NCBI GenBank assembly: GCA_965242925.1
Contig: CBDEUM010000012.1
Span: 128,001-192,000, forward strand
DNA from: Roseibacillus sp.
GTDB taxonomy: Bacteria > Verrucomicrobiota > Verrucomicrobiia > Verrucomicrobiales > Akkermansiaceae
Length of the DNA stretch: 64,000 nucleotides
Direction: 5' to 3'
The position numbers and the translations under genes were made by a program. This document shows positions 8,735 through 19,363 of the stretch, one piece after another (the first letter of the stretch is position 1; each line of letters starts with the position of its first letter). Below the pieces are notes generated by a model. That model saw nothing but the letters and a program-made list of their open reading frames with translations, made no database searches and was not told the DNA's origin.

Positions 8735-10537
8735 ATGAGTACCGCAGATAACCCTGTTTCCGCCAACGCCGGCATAATCATTCGCCGCGTTCTCTTTTTC
8801 ATCCTGCTGATTGGCATTTCGCTCCTCTACCTCCTCGTCACCTTCCGAGGACTGGACTCCGCCAAGGGCATGGACCAGGCACAGATCGCACGCGAAATCG
8901 CACGCAACGAGGGCTTCACCACCAAGGTTTTGCGACCGGTCTCGATCTGGCAGAACGGTGAAGTCCGGAGTGGTCAGCCAATCATCAAGGATGCCAACCG
9001 CGACACCTATCACGCACCCCTGCATCCCATCCTCCTGAGTTGGGCCCTCAAATTCGTCGGCGGAGACGACGCGGACAAGTGGCGCATGACCGAAAACGAC
9101 ACCGTCTACAAGCTCGATCGAGTCGTGGCGGCCACCTCGGTGATCTGTTTCCTCATCGCCATCGGGGTAAACTATCTCCTCATCTCTCGAATTTTCGACG
9201 GCAGGATCGGAGGCGTAACGGCCCTGCTCATGCTGCTCTGTGATCTCAACTGGAAATTTTCCCAGACCGGGCTGCCCCAGATGTTCATGCTGCTCCTCTT
9301 TTCCTGCGCCTGCTTTTTCGCATACCGTGCGGTGGAGACCACGGAGGAAGGCCGGATCGCCATCGGGCCTGCTCTCATCGCAGCCGCTTTCCTCGGACTC
9401 CTCGCCCTCACCCACTGGCTGGCGATCTGGATTGTGCTGGGATTTGCAGTCTATGCCGGGTTTTTCCTTCGTCCGCGAGGAGCCGCCGGCCTCGCGGCCC
9501 TGGGATTTGTTCTCCTCGTGTCCCTCCTGCCGCTGATCAAGAACAAACAGTTCAGCGGGAGCATGGGGGGCACTTCCATTCTGGCGGTCTTCAATGGCCT
9601 CGGTACCAGCGAGGACTCCGTAATGCGCACCTACAACCTCCAGGATGCCCACCTGCCCCTTCAAAACCTTCCCTTCAAGATCGTAAGAACCACTATTCTC
9701 CAGGCCGGGGACCTCTACACCAACCTCGGATCCCTCCTGACCGCGCCACTCTTCTTCCTTTCCCTGCTTCATCCCTTCAAGCGAAAATCCATTGCCAATT
9801 TTCGATGGTGCCTTCTCCTCATGTGGCTTTTTGGAGCCATCGGAATGGCCATCTTTGGCCTCAAAGCAGGCACCGCCACCGATCCCAACCAGTTGCACGT
9901 CCTCTTCGCTCCCCTTTTCGCTGCCTATGGCCTTGCCTTTGTGGCCATCCTCTGGAGCCGTCTCAAGGTTCACACCGAAATCCCGCCCCTGCGTAACGCC
10001 CACTTCGTGGTCGCGATCCTGATCAGCGCCGGCCCCATGGTCCTCGACCTCCCTCGCCAGATCCGGGAGGTGGGCAAGGCCGGCACAGTGCCTCCTCACT
10101 GGCCACCCTACTATCCGGCAGCTCTCAATACTGGACTGGCTGCTCAAGTCCGCGAGAACGAAATCGTCGTTACCGATCAACCCTGGGCGGTGGCCTGGTA
10201 TGCTGACCGTACTGCACTCTGGCTGCCCAACCGGGTGGATGATTTCAAGGAACTCGAAAATCTTGCTGATTCCCAGGACACGCCCTTCGCGGGTCTCATG
10301 ATTTCGCCCTATTCTCACAGCAACAAGTTACTTCCGGGCGTCTACAACGAGTACGAGGAATGGGCTCCCCTGATCCTGGACGGCTGGGCCTCCGTCTCTA
10401 CCCGGAGTGCGCCAGGCACTCTCGCGAACCGTGATCCTGAACTCAAGGCGCTCCTCTCCCGTTATCCCAATCCGGTGCGCTTTGTCGATAGCCTCCTCAT
10501 CTTCTGGTCAGTGGCACCCTCTACAGACACTCCCTAG
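8735..10537 (+). CDS. Polytopic membrane glycosyltransferase, GT-C fold (ArnT/PMT-like)
   Basis: About 11-13 hydrophobic segments, an N-terminal loop with MDQAQIARE and HAPLHP, and a C-terminal periplasmic domain containing WAVAWYADR. Confidence 0.65.
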   Translation: MSTADNPVSANAGIIIRRVLFFILLIGISLLYLLVTFRGLDSAKGMDQAQIAREIARNEGFTTKVLRPVSIWQNGEVRSGQPIIKDANRDTYHAPLHPILLSWALKFVGGDDADKWRMTENDTVYKLDRVVAATSVICFLIAIGVNYLLISRIFDGRIGGVTALLMLLCDLNWKFSQTGLPQMFMLLLFSCACFFAYRAVETTEEGRIAIGPALIAAAFLGLLALTHWLAIWIVLGFAVYAGFFLRPRGAAGLAALGFVLLVSLLPLIKNKQFSGSMGGTSILAVFNGLGTSEDSVMRTYNLQDAHLPLQNLPFKIVRTTILQAGDLYTNLGSLLTAPLFFLSLLHPFKRKSIANFRWCLLLMWLFGAIGMAIFGLKAGTATDPNQLHVLFAPLFAAYGLAFVAILWSRLKVHTEIPPLRNAHFVVAILISAGPMVLDLPRQIREVGKAGTVPPHWPPYYPAALNTGLAAQVRENEIVVTDQPWAVAWYADRTALWLPNRVDDFKELENLADSQDTPFAGLMISPYSHSNKLLPGVYNEYEEWAPLILDGWASVSTRSAPGTLANRDPELKALLSRYPNPVRFVDSLLIFWSVAPSTDTP

Positions 10538-10555
10538 ATCATTCCTTGAGGGTCC

Positions 10556-10873
10556 ATGGCTACCAAGAAGGTAACAGAAACCGGAGCAAGCACCTTTGAA
10601 GGTGCCATGGGGGAGTTGGAAGCTCTCGTAGAAGCCATGGAGAACGATCAACTGCCGCTGGAAGACCTGGTCGCGCACTACGAAAAAGGTGCAGGACTGC
10701 TCCGGCATTGCGAGAAGGTCCTCTCCTCCGCCAAAGAGCGCATCGAATTGATCGAGGTGGGCAACTCGTCTGAAAAGGATCTGGCATCCTCTCCTGAAGA
10801 AGAGGATGCTTTTCCGAGTCCCGACGGTTCCCCGGTCGACGAATCCCTCGACGATGACATCCGACTCCTCTAG
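10556..10873 (+). CDS. xseB: Exodeoxyribonuclease VII small subunit
   Basis: TFEGAMGELEALVEAMEND.LPLE...YEKG..L...C...L..A; lies directly upstream of dxs. Confidence 0.92.
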   Translation: MATKKVTETGASTFEGAMGELEALVEAMENDQLPLEDLVAHYEKGAGLLRHCEKVLSSAKERIELIEVGNSSEKDLASSPEEEDAFPSPDGSPVDESLDDDIRLL

Positions 10874-12770
10874 TTCGCGGCCCGCTCCCGAGACCTCTCT
10901 CCTCTCTGGTCTCAATGGTCCGGAGGATTTACGGGCCCTGGACAACGACCAACTGCTATCGCTTGCGGACGAGATCCGTGAAACCCTCATCCGAACCCTG
11001 TCCCGCACCGGCGGCCACCTCGGCCCCAACCTGGGAGTGGTGGAACTCACCCTCGCACTCCACCGCGTTTTCAACACTCCCGCTGACAAGTTTATCATGG
11101 ATGTCTCCCATCAGGGCTACGTCCATAAGATGTTAACCGGACGAGGTGACCGGATCGAGTCCATCCGCCAGTATGAGGGACTCAATGGATTTCTCCTGCG
11201 CACCGAATCAGAACACGATTGCTACGGCGCCGGCCATGCCGGGACTGCACTCTCCGCCGCCCTCGGGATGGCTGCCGCCCGTGACCTCAAGGGAGGTGAC
11301 GAGCACGTGGTCGCGATTGCGGGTGACGCCGCTTTCACCTCTGGCCCCACCCTGGAAGCCCTCAACAACATCGCTTCAACCACCAAACGCTTCATTGTGG
11401 TCCTCAACGATAACGAGTGGTCCATCGACAAAAACGTGGGAGCTATCGCAAAACACTTCAATGCCCTGCAAACCAACAAGGCCTACTCGGGCGTGCGCCA
11501 GAAGGCCGCTGACTTCGTGGAGCGGATTGGAGGACATGGCGCGCGGCGACTCGCTCACAAGATCGAGCGCAGCGCCAAGAACCTTCTCTTCCCCAACGTT
11601 CTCTTCGAGAAGTTCGGCGTGCGTTACTTCGGCCCTCTTGATGGACACAACCTGCCCCTCCTGATCAAGACTTTTGATTACCTGAAGGATCAGGAGGAAC
11701 CCGTCATCCTGCACATCATCACTGAAAAGGGACGAGGCTATAAACCGGCCCTGGACAAGCCGGGCAAGTTTCACGGACTCGGCCCCTACAACGTGGAAGA
11801 CGGCTCCACCAGCAAGGAAGGCAATCCCTCCTACTCTGAAGTGTTTGGACGCACGGTCACCAACCTGGCGAAGAAGGACGACAAGATCGTGGCGATCACC
11901 GCTGCCATGCCGGGGGGCACCAAGCTTGAGATCTTCAAGGAGGAGATCCCGGAACGTTACTTCGACGTCGGTATCGCTGAGGAACACGCCGCCCTCTTCG
12001 CCTGTGGACTAGCCACCCAGGGCCTCAAACCCTTCCTTGCCATCTACTCCACCTTCATGCAACGGGCCTACGACATGATCATCCATGACATGGCCCTGCA
12101 GGAACTCCCCGTCCGGCTCTGCATGGACCGGGGGGGACTCTCCGGAGACGACGGACCGACCCACCATGGACTCTTCGATATCGGGTACCTGCGCCATATC
12201 CCCAACATCGTGCACATGCAACCCATCGACGAAGACGAATTCGCCGACATGCTCTGGACCATGGCGCACTATGATGACGGACCGATCGCTGTTCGCTATC
12301 CACGTGGGCCGGGCACAGGGGCTCAACCCAAGGAGAAACCCCGCCTCCTTGAGATCGGAAAGGGCGAACTCGTCCATGATGGCTGTGATGTTGCCCTCAT
12401 CGGACTCGGCTTTGTCCACAACCTTGCGGTGGAAGCGAGGGAAAAGCTTGAAGCTCAGGGCCACTCGGTGGCTCTCGTCAACCCACGTTTCATCAAGCCG
12501 CTGGACAAAGAACTCATCCTGGATGTAGCCAAACGCTGCAAGGTGATCTGCACCTTCGAGGACCATGTCATCAAGAATGGATTTGGCGCGTCTGTCATTG
12601 AGTGCCTCCACGAGGCCAGAATCGACACCCCGGTCGAGCGGGTGGGCTGGCCGGACGAATTCGTCGAACACGGCAAAGTCGACATCCTCCGCGACAAGCA
12701 CGACATCACCTCCGACGCCGCTGTAAAGAAAGTCCTCCCCCACCTTCCCAGCAAGGTGGCTTCTGCGTAG
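10854..12770 (+). CDS. dxs: 1-deoxy-D-xylulose-5-phosphate synthase
   Basis: Motifs GGHLGPNLGVVELT, GDAA...NDN (TPP binding), DVGIAEEHA, IYSTFMQRAYD, DGPTHHG. Confidence 0.98.
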   Translation: MTSDSSSSRPAPETSLLSGLNGPEDLRALDNDQLLSLADEIRETLIRTLSRTGGHLGPNLGVVELTLALHRVFNTPADKFIMDVSHQGYVHKMLTGRGDRIESIRQYEGLNGFLLRTESEHDCYGAGHAGTALSAALGMAAARDLKGGDEHVVAIAGDAAFTSGPTLEALNNIASTTKRFIVVLNDNEWSIDKNVGAIAKHFNALQTNKAYSGVRQKAADFVERIGGHGARRLAHKIERSAKNLLFPNVLFEKFGVRYFGPLDGHNLPLLIKTFDYLKDQEEPVILHIITEKGRGYKPALDKPGKFHGLGPYNVEDGSTSKEGNPSYSEVFGRTVTNLAKKDDKIVAITAAMPGGTKLEIFKEEIPERYFDVGIAEEHAALFACGLATQGLKPFLAIYSTFMQRAYDMIIHDMALQELPVRLCMDRGGLSGDDGPTHHGLFDIGYLRHIPNIVHMQPIDEDEFADMLWTMAHYDDGPIAVRYPRGPGTGAQPKEKPRLLEIGKGELVHDGCDVALIGLGFVHNLAVEAREKLEAQGHSVALVNPRFIKPLDKELILDVAKRCKVICTFEDHVIKNGFGASVIECLHEARIDTPVERVGWPDEFVEHGKVDILRDKHDITSDAAVKKVLPHLPSKVASA

Positions 12771-12922
12771 ACCCGAAATGCTGGCTGCTTCCCCGTGCCC
12801 CGCTGCACCTGGCACCTTGTATTGATCCCGGAGAAGCAGGCCGGATAGACCACCGAATGGATACGCGTGGGATTACCATCTGCGGCGTTGGATCGCCTCC
12901 CATTTCCGCGTAACGTACTGTT

Positions 12923-15172
12923 GTGCCAACTGCCGCGAAAGTCCTGATCGATGGCCCCTCGGAGCTCATCTTCGACTACGCCGTACCAAAGGAGATGACC
13001 GCCCTCCCCGGTTGCCGCGTGCGCGTGCCCCTCCGCAACAAGTCGGCCACTGGCACCATCCTGAGTGTCGCAGAGAACGGGAACGTGGACTTTGAACTGA
13101 AGCTCATCAACTCGCTCATTGACCCCGAACCCCTGATCACGGAAAAACTGATCCAACTCGCTCAGTGGATGGCAACCTATTACGGCACGCCCCTCGAACA
13201 GATCATGCGTTCGCTTCTGCCCGGCGCGGTGCGCCAGGAGACCCACTCCGCCAAAACACGCCAGGTGGCCGAACTTGTGCAAATTCCCGACGAGGAGACC
13301 CTCGAAAAACTCTCCCGTCGTGCCTCGCGTCAGCATGCTATTCTTCAACTACTCAAGGATTCCGGTCCCATCCCTATCACTGAGCTGGGTGGTACTTCAG
13401 TGCGCCCCAGCGTAAAATCCCTCCAGGAAGCTGGCTACATCACTGTTAGGAACGAGGAAGTCCGCCGCGATCCCGATGCCGGGGATGAATTCCTGGAGAG
13501 CAAACCCCACAAGCTCAATGAGGGCCAACGTGCTGCCTACAGAGTCATCTGTCATGCCATCGACACCTCCCTCGACCGTAAAACCGGAACTGAAAACCTG
13601 TCCTCCTCCCCGAAGCCCATCCTCCTGCACGGGGTCACCGGCTCCGGGAAAACCGAAGTATACCTCCAAACCGCCCAGCACTGCCTGGACCGCGGAAAGT
13701 CTGTCCTTGTCCTCGTTCCCGAGATCGCTCTGACACCTCAGACCGTCCAGCATTTCAAATCGCGCTTCTCTGCCTTGCAGGACCAGGTCGCCGTGCTGCA
13801 TTCGCATCTCTCGCAAGGCGAGCGCTTCGACGAGTGGCATCGCATTCGAAAGGGAGAAGCAAAAGTGGTCGTCGGTGCCCGCTCCGCCATCTTCGCTCCC
13901 CTGCCCGCACCAGGTCTCATCATCGTCGACGAGGAACACGAAAATACCTACAAACAGGAAAACCCTCCCAAATACCAGGGTCGTGACCTGGCAGTGGTGC
14001 GCGCCCATATGGAATGCTGCCCGGTGATCCTCGGGTCGGCCACTCCGTCGCTGGAGTCCTTTCAGAATGCTCAATCCGGCAAGTACGACCTGGTGCACCT
14101 GTCCCAGCGCGCAGACGGCCAATCCCTGCCGCTCATCCGTATCGTGGATATGCGGACCGAGACGCGCAAACACAAGGGTGGCCCCGCCATTCTCTCCGAT
14201 CGCCTCCGCATGGACATGGAGAAGAAACTGGAAGAGGGACAGCAGGTCATCCTCTTTCTCAACCGCCGCGGCTTCGCCCGCTCCCTCCAGTGTCCCAGTT
14301 GCGGCCATGTCTGCGAATGCCAGCATTGTACCGTGGCTCTCACTTACCACCGGACCGAAGAGCGATTGATCTGCCACCTCTGCGGATACCAGTCCATCGT
14401 CCCCCACGCCTGCCCCAAGTGCCAGGACCGCTCCATCCTCCTCCAGGGCTACGGAACGCAGAAAGTCGAAGAGGTTCTCCGCAAAGTATTCCCCCGCTCC
14501 CGTCTGGCCCGTCTGGATGCTGATACCGCCCGCAAGAAGAATGCAGTGCGCGACATCCTGCGGGATTTCCGTGCCCGCAGGATCGACATTCTCCTTGGCA
14601 CCCAGATGATCGCCAAGGGGCTCGACTTTCCCAACGTTACCCTGGCTGGCATCCTCAATGCCGACCTTTCTCTACATGCCCCCGACTTCAGGGCTGGCGA
14701 GCGCACCTTCCAGTTGCTCACCCAGGTGGCTGGCCGTTCCGGGCGTGGCGAAATGGAGGGCGAAGTGGTGATCCAGACCTTCACTCCCCATTCTCCCTCC
14801 GTTCAGTTCGCACGCCATCACGACTACGAGGGGTTCGCCGATCAGGAGTTTGATTTCCGTCGCCAGTTCGATTTCCCACCCTTCAGCCACGCTGCCCTTC
14901 TCACAAGCAAGTGCAGTCACGAACGTCTCGCCGAGTTCACCCTGCAAAACCTCCACCAACGCCTCTCCAGAGACCTTCCCACCGGCATCGAACTCGGAGT
15001 GCCCAATCCCGCCCCCACTCCCAGGGCCCACGGCCTCTTTCGTTTCCAACTCCTCCTTAAGTCGACCAACCCTCGCACCCTCTCCAGGCACGTACAAAAG
15101 GTTCTCGCTGCCACCACGCTCCCGGAAGAGGTTTCCATTGTCTTTGACATGGACGCCTACGACTTCGGTTAG
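12923..15172 (+). CDS. priA: Primosomal protein N' (replication restart helicase)
   Basis: Motifs GVTGSGKTEVY, DEEH, SATPS, NRRG, four CxxC pairs, GTQMIAKGLDFP, QVAGRSGR. Confidence 0.98.
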   Translation: MPTAAKVLIDGPSELIFDYAVPKEMTALPGCRVRVPLRNKSATGTILSVAENGNVDFELKLINSLIDPEPLITEKLIQLAQWMATYYGTPLEQIMRSLLPGAVRQETHSAKTRQVAELVQIPDEETLEKLSRRASRQHAILQLLKDSGPIPITELGGTSVRPSVKSLQEAGYITVRNEEVRRDPDAGDEFLESKPHKLNEGQRAAYRVICHAIDTSLDRKTGTENLSSSPKPILLHGVTGSGKTEVYLQTAQHCLDRGKSVLVLVPEIALTPQTVQHFKSRFSALQDQVAVLHSHLSQGERFDEWHRIRKGEAKVVVGARSAIFAPLPAPGLIIVDEEHENTYKQENPPKYQGRDLAVVRAHMECCPVILGSATPSLESFQNAQSGKYDLVHLSQRADGQSLPLIRIVDMRTETRKHKGGPAILSDRLRMDMEKKLEEGQQVILFLNRRGFARSLQCPSCGHVCECQHCTVALTYHRTEERLICHLCGYQSIVPHACPKCQDRSILLQGYGTQKVEEVLRKVFPRSRLARLDADTARKKNAVRDILRDFRARRIDILLGTQMIAKGLDFPNVTLAGILNADLSLHAPDFRAGERTFQLLTQVAGRSGRGEMEGEVVIQTFTPHSPSVQFARHHDYEGFADQEFDFRRQFDFPPFSHAALLTSKCSHERLAEFTLQNLHQRLSRDLPTGIELGVPNPAPTPRAHGLFRFQLLLKSTNPRTLSRHVQKVLAATTLPEEVSIVFDMDAYDFG

Positions 15173-15404
15173 GCGAGGCCCTTTATCTCCCTCCGGTTTT
15201 CGCCATTCCTTCGAGACTCCCTCCTGCCTTCAGCATCCAACCAGCAAAGCAGTCATTCCAGGGTCATATTTAACCGGTCCTAAGCAATGTGAATATTCTG
15301 TTAATACTTCGGCTCCCTGATAGGTGGTGACTGCTCAACTGCCACCCTTAGAGCCTCAGGCCGCATCCCGCGGATGCCGACCAGAGAATCCATCCCTCCT
15401 TGCC

Positions 15405-16283
15405 ATGGACGCTACGACCGGGGAACCCGTCACCATCAACTTCTACTGTGCCACCTGCGGGAAAATCCTGAGTGGCCCGCCCGACAATCGCATCGCCTGT
15501 TCTTCGTGCCTTACCGGGATTCCGATCCCCACCAGTGCACCCGAAGATTCTTCCAGGATTCTGCATCCCCGGAACGAAGAGATCCTCAAGTTTTTCTGCC
15601 GTCACTGTGAGAAGAAGTTCTCCAGTCCGGTTGCATTCGCGGGCAAGCGGTTCAATTGCCCGATCTGCTCGAAGGAGAGTGTAGTCCCCGGTCCGCACTC
15701 CGAAGCGCCAGCACAAGAGGAGCCGCCCGAAATCCAATTCTCCCATGCGATCCTCGCACGGGATGAGTTTCTCCCGAAATTCGAATTGGAGCCCTGCATG
15801 GCCGATCCTGCATCCGGGCAACCCGAACAGTTACTCCTCCTCGATGAGGCATGCCGTGCAGTCGCAGCCGCACCACGGGGAAAGAAAATCTCCGGGAATG
15901 AGACCAAGCCGAATCCCTCTTCAGTGGAAACCGACGGGGAAGCAGTGCAAAAGCAGGATCATTGCCTCCACAAGCCATCTGCGGAGGAACTCGAATCGAT
16001 CGACCCCCAACCCATTCGCATCAATCACTCCACCAATGGTGGAGATCGCACCATTCTTCCCCAACGCAGGGCCAGGGAAAAGCCCCATGAACTCATTCCC
16101 ATTCGACTGGGAGAGGAGAAGGGTGCCCTGCCGCCCCCCAGCGTCAGGCAACCGGATTCCATCGGCGGGAACGTGTCCGGTCTCTTTCCAGATCCTGGCC
16201 CAAAGGGCGATTCCTTTGATCGACTTTTCGGTGAGGACATTGAAATCAAGAAGATCTTCCCGGCAACAGAGAAGCAGGTGTAG
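15405..16283 (+). CDS. Hypothetical protein with two N-terminal zinc ribbons and a disordered tail
   Basis: CATC..CSSC and CRHC..CPIC pairs followed by Pro/Glu/Ser-rich low-complexity sequence. Confidence 0.6.
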   Translation: MDATTGEPVTINFYCATCGKILSGPPDNRIACSSCLTGIPIPTSAPEDSSRILHPRNEEILKFFCRHCEKKFSSPVAFAGKRFNCPICSKESVVPGPHSEAPAQEEPPEIQFSHAILARDEFLPKFELEPCMADPASGQPEQLLLLDEACRAVAAAPRGKKISGNETKPNPSSVETDGEAVQKQDHCLHKPSAEELESIDPQPIRINHSTNGGDRTILPQRRAREKPHELIPIRLGEEKGALPPPSVRQPDSIGGNVSGLFPDPGPKGDSFDRLFGEDIEIKKIFPATEKQV

Positions 16284-16297
16284 AACAGGATTCCGAA

Positions 16298-17104
16298 GTG
16301 AACGATCGCCACCACCTGTTCCGTTTTCTGATCGGTCTCATTCTTGTCGCCTGTGCCTTCCTCACAGGCAGCCCCTCTCTGCAGGCGGCAGAGACCGCCA
16401 CAATCCGACTGGTTTCCTACAACATCAGGCACGGTCGAGGGATGGACAGCAAGGTAGACCTGAAGCGAATCGCGACTGTGCTCCGCAGGCTCAAGCCGGA
16501 CTTGGTCGCCCTTCAGGAAATCGATCACACCTGCACTCGCTCCGGAAAGGTCAATCAGGCCGCGGCCCTGGGAACCCTTCTTGGCATGCATCATCGGTTC
16601 GGGAAGTTCATGGACTTCCAGGGAGGTCAATACGGGCTGGCGATCCTCTCCCGCTTTCCCGTCCAGAAATCCGTTCGGCATCAACTCGCTCCCGGAGCGG
16701 AACCACGCTGTGCACTGGAAGTCACGGTACGACCAACCGCTTCCGGTCCGCTCCTCTCCTTTGTCAGTATTCACAACGACTGGACCCGGGAACCCTTCCG
16801 AATCGCGCAGGTAAACGATCTCCTAATGGGACTCGCCGAACGCAGACACCCCATCATCCTGGCAGGCGACTTCAATGCCGAACCGGAGGCGGAATCGCTG
16901 GCGAGGCTCAAGGCCTCGGGCTTCGCCATTCTTGCCAAGAAAAATGGCACCAGAACCTTCCCTTCTCGGTCTCCCACGATCGAGATCGATTACTTCATGA
17001 CGCGGGGGATCTCCTTTAAAACTGCGCCACTCACCCAGGTGCACGATGAACGCCTCGCCTCCGATCATCGCCCCATCGTGATGGAACTCCCCCTGTCGCG
17101 GTAA
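16298..17104 (+). CDS. Secreted endonuclease/exonuclease/phosphatase (EEP) family protein
   Basis: Motifs SYNI, LQE, YGLAILSR, GDFN, IDY, SDHRP, plus a signal peptide. Confidence 0.92.
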   Translation: MNDRHHLFRFLIGLILVACAFLTGSPSLQAAETATIRLVSYNIRHGRGMDSKVDLKRIATVLRRLKPDLVALQEIDHTCTRSGKVNQAAALGTLLGMHHRFGKFMDFQGGQYGLAILSRFPVQKSVRHQLAPGAEPRCALEVTVRPTASGPLLSFVSIHNDWTREPFRIAQVNDLLMGLAERRHPIILAGDFNAEPEAESLARLKASGFAILAKKNGTRTFPSRSPTIEIDYFMTRGISFKTAPLTQVHDERLASDHRPIVMELPLSR

Positions 17105-17111
17105 TTCCAGG

Positions 17112-17966
17112 TCAACCGGCAAAGGCACTCACAGGCAGTCCCCGGGCACCCACTGCGGGAAACACGAACAAGCGTCCCGCCTCTTCCTCGATCTCCTCAT
17201 GAGGTTGTCCCGTGGTCAGGTATAGATCGCTCAGGTCCTCGCCCCCAAAGGCCGGCGCGGTCACTTCGCGACAGGGCAGGATGAGACGCTCAAGCTCCTT
17301 GCCCTCCTGATCAAAACACACCACGCAACCTCCATGGCAAAAGGCGATCCACAGATGACCATCGGAATCAATTGCCATGCCATCCGGAACACCGGGCACC
17401 CGTTCACAGGTTGAAAATGCCTCACGCCTGTTGTGCAGTTGGCCCGTATCCACATCATAGTCGAATGCCAGAACGGCGAGACGCGGCGTGTCGATATAGA
17501 ACATGGTATCTCCATTCCCGGTCCACACCACCCCGTTTGAATTAGTCACCCCCCCGAAAACTTTTCTGACCTGCCGATCGGGATCGAGTCGATAAAATGC
17601 AGCATCGCCCTGCTTTCTCGCCAGACTGATCGACCCCGCAAAGAAACGTCCATCGGGTGAACATTTTCCGTCATTGAACCGGTTCCCGGGCTTGTCAGCT
17701 TCAGGATCCGCCACCGGAGTCAGGAGGCCACTCCCCGGATCAAGAAAGGCGAAACCTGAGTCTCCCGCCACCACGAGTCCCCCGCTCCGGCGAGGGACAA
17801 CCGTTCCGACCCTTTCACCAGTTTCCCACAATCTCTCCTCCCCCGAATGTGGGTCAAAAGCGAGCACCCTGCATCCTTCAATATCAACGTAATAAAGGCA
17901 TCCCTGCCACCAGAGTGGGCCCTCGCCCCACTGTGCACGGTATTTGCCGACAACTTCCGCAATCAC
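17112..17966 (-). CDS. SMP-30/gluconolactonase/LRE family sugar lactonase
   Basis: Motifs GEGPLW, RFNDGK, SNG, PDGMAID, AFGG. Start uncertain (frame is open to 18065). Confidence 0.9.
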   Translation of the reverse strand: MIAEVVGKYRAQWGEGPLWWQGCLYYVDIEGCRVLAFDPHSGEERLWETGERVGTVVPRRSGGLVVAGDSGFAFLDPGSGLLTPVADPEADKPGNRFNDGKCSPDGRFFAGSISLARKQGDAAFYRLDPDRQVRKVFGGVTNSNGVVWTGNGDTMFYIDTPRLAVLAFDYDVDTGQLHNRREAFSTCERVPGVPDGMAIDSDGHLWIAFCHGGCVVCFDQEGKELERLILPCREVTAPAFGGEDLSDLYLTTGQPHEEIEEEAGRLFVFPAVGARGLPVSAFAG

Positions 17967-18110
17967 ATCGTAGGGAGCCGTAAAAGCGCCGGGCTCCACT
18001 GTCGAGAAGCTTTCTAATTGCGAGAGTCTCCCTTTGCAGCCAATCTTATTCCCAAAGACCCGCAAACCCGGCCGATTACGGCATGTATTCTCCAGCGGTC
18101 ACCCCCGTCG

Positions 18111-19112
18111 ATGAGTTTCGTTTCCCGATCCTTCCGTAAATCCCTTCTGCTTCTCCTGGGCGGACTGCTGTTCCCTGCACTAACAGCCTCTGCTGCTGGC
18201 TGGGAAACGGTGCGGCATGACGGCCGCGACTACGTCACTGTCCGCAGCATCAGGAAGTTCTACAATTTCCAGTCCATGAAGGTGACCGGCTCGTTCCTTG
18301 AACTTGAAAACCGGGCAGTCAAGATCAAGTTCACCATTGGAGGACAGGAAGTCTTCATGAACAACGTGAAGTTCGTGTTCAGCTTCAAGGTTCTGCCTCT
18401 TCAGGGACGCTATCTCGTCTCCCGTATCGATCTGGGCAAGTTGGTCGATCCTGTCCTGCGCCCTTCCTACATCCAGACTTCCAATCCCTTCGACACCGTC
18501 ATCATCGATCCCGGTCACGGCGGCAACGACCCGGGAGCAGTCAATCGCCACGGAAAGGAAGCCAATTACAATCTTGCCGTCGGCCGCATCCTGAAACAAC
18601 AACTCGAGGCCCGCGGCTTCAAGGTAATCATGACCCGGAACTCCGACCGCTTCCTTTCCCTCACGGAACGTGTCGATCTCGCCAACCGCTTCCAGAATGC
18701 GATCTTCATCAGCATCCATTTCAATTCCGGTGGCCGTGGACGTGCCCAGGGCATCGAAACCTTTACTCTCTCTCCTGCCGGAGTGGCCCACTATGGACGC
18801 GGTCTTCGCAAGGATGACTTCCAACTCCGCAATGGAAACACTCAGGATTCCGCCAATATTGCTCTGGCTACCGCCGTGCACAGCACCTGCCTTCTCAAGA
18901 CCGGACGACCCGATCGAGGAATCCGGCGGGCCCGCTTCAGTGTTCTCACCGGGGTCAGGCATCCAGCTATCCTCCTGGAAGGCGGCTTCATGAGCCACTC
19001 CTACGAGGCCCGCCTCATAGCCAATGCAACCTATCAGCGCACAATCGCCGGCGCCATCACGGATGCGGTCATGAAATACCGGCTCGCCACCATGCGCCGG
19101 CCACAACGGTAG
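18111..19112 (+). CDS. N-acetylmuramoyl-L-alanine amidase (Amidase_3)
   Basis: Motifs IIDPGHGG, KE..YNL, SIHFN, LLEGGF, plus a signal peptide. Confidence 0.95.
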   Translation: MSFVSRSFRKSLLLLLGGLLFPALTASAAGWETVRHDGRDYVTVRSIRKFYNFQSMKVTGSFLELENRAVKIKFTIGGQEVFMNNVKFVFSFKVLPLQGRYLVSRIDLGKLVDPVLRPSYIQTSNPFDTVIIDPGHGGNDPGAVNRHGKEANYNLAVGRILKQQLEARGFKVIMTRNSDRFLSLTERVDLANRFQNAIFISIHFNSGGRGRAQGIETFTLSPAGVAHYGRGLRKDDFQLRNGNTQDSANIALATAVHSTCLLKTGRPDRGIRRARFSVLTGVRHPAILLEGGFMSHSYEARLIANATYQRTIAGAITDAVMKYRLATMRRPQR

Positions 19113-19363
19113 GACATATTGCGGATTGCGAGCTAGCTCGCAGCTGGGAGGTCTCGCGGTGCAGGCACGGTGTGGCTGAATATCCCACCCGCCCTGCAGA
19201 GAATGGATCCGCTGCTTCGTGAAGCACTACTTCATCACGAAACGCACCAACCGATTCGATCCTCCATGTGGACTTGAGATCGAACTGTGTTTTCACCCGG
19301 AAGTGCTATGCTTCCGCAATTTCGGAATCGACGGATCAGATTCCAGCACATGCAATCTGTGGG

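Noticed and set aside
8489..10318. 609-aa minus-strand ORF, and similar long ORFs at 19235-20722, 37910-39409, 48682-49857 and 60972-62222
   Set aside because: Each lies almost entirely antisense to a better-supported gene, has no recognisable motifs, and is expected in GC-rich DNA.
12810..12826. Sigma54 -24/-12 promoter upstream of priA (TGGCAC...)
   Set aside because: The GG-N10-GC spacing is not met; the -12 position reads TG.
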